DNA of 64,000 nt from Armatimonadota bacterium. Lineage in GTDB: Bacteria; Armatimonadota; UBA5829; DTJY01. The DNA is taken from NCBI GenBank assembly GCA_025358205.1, contig JANYKG010000017.1, positions 2,238 to 66,237 on the forward strand. Direction: 5' to 3'. A program made the translations under genes and the position numbers. The notes under the pieces were generated by a model. It was given only the letters and a program-made list of their open reading frames with translations. It made no database searches and had not been told where the DNA came from. Positions 63,835 to 64,000 of the stretch are shown one piece after another (the first letter of the stretch is position 1; each line of letters begins with the position of its first letter).

Positions 63835-64000
63835 TCCACACATGGAGAGAATTTACGCTCGGGCGATAGAGGCGAAGAAGAGAATCGTCCTGCCTGAGGG
63901 TTCAGACGCCAGAGTGGTCAAGGCCGCCGCTGGTGCGCGTGATCGCGGCTATGCCGACCCGATACTGCTGGGCAACCCGGACGCCGTGCAGAAGTTGGCG
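63827..64000 (+). CDS. pta: Phosphate acetyltransferase, N-terminal part (truncated by the window end)
   Basis: MSSPHMERIYARAIEAKKRIVLPEGSDARVVKAA...ADPILLG matches the Pta N-terminus. Confidence 0.85.
   Translation, partial: MSSPHMERIYARAIEAKKRIVLPEGSDARVVKAAAGARDRGYADPILLGNPDAVQKLA

Noticed and set aside
1-64000. tRNA, rRNA, prophage or IS transposase genes
   Set aside because: No cloverleaf, rRNA-like, phage structural, integrase or transposase sequence was recognised by eye.

Overview
GC-rich bacterial chromosomal window. Gene content and order suggest a diderm-like Terrabacteria lineage, most likely Armatimonadota (inference only). Housekeeping and envelope genes: an ftsE-ftsX-M23-ctp-ctp-deacetylase-LysM operon, femX-alr, a ytxG/ytxH-rsbV-rsbW-sigB-like stress module, mnmA, rarA, 6S RNA, aspS, hisS, exbB-exbD-tonB, ruvC-ruvA-ruvB, recG, coaD and pta. 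Accessory content: secreted carbohydrate-active proteins, an ECF sigma/anti-sigma/ABC module, a complete class IIC group II intron inserted behind a terminator, and a fused type IIG-like restriction-modification gene coupled to a HEPN-motif gene. Most unusual signals: (1) a four-helix-bundle (Avd/IVP-like) gene between ruvA and ruvB, enclosed by inverted heptamer-repeat arms with a perfect 14-bp terminal inverted repeat, with ORF-less copies of the same arms at two other loci; (2) a roughly 80-nt double-hairpin dispersed repeat at about 8 loci, with compensatory base changes and one self-nested insertion; (3) an intact but apparently helicase-dead AddAB-like pair with one Fe-S nuclease, followed by a WYL regulator; (4) a duplicated RM C-terminus bracketing the HEPN gene; (5) several probable pseudo-enzymes (CtpA K to D, RsbW N-box and G1-box loss, TlpA YPMC). 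No tRNA, rRNA or CRISPR array was seen. All family calls come from motif recognition by eye; no database searches were run.
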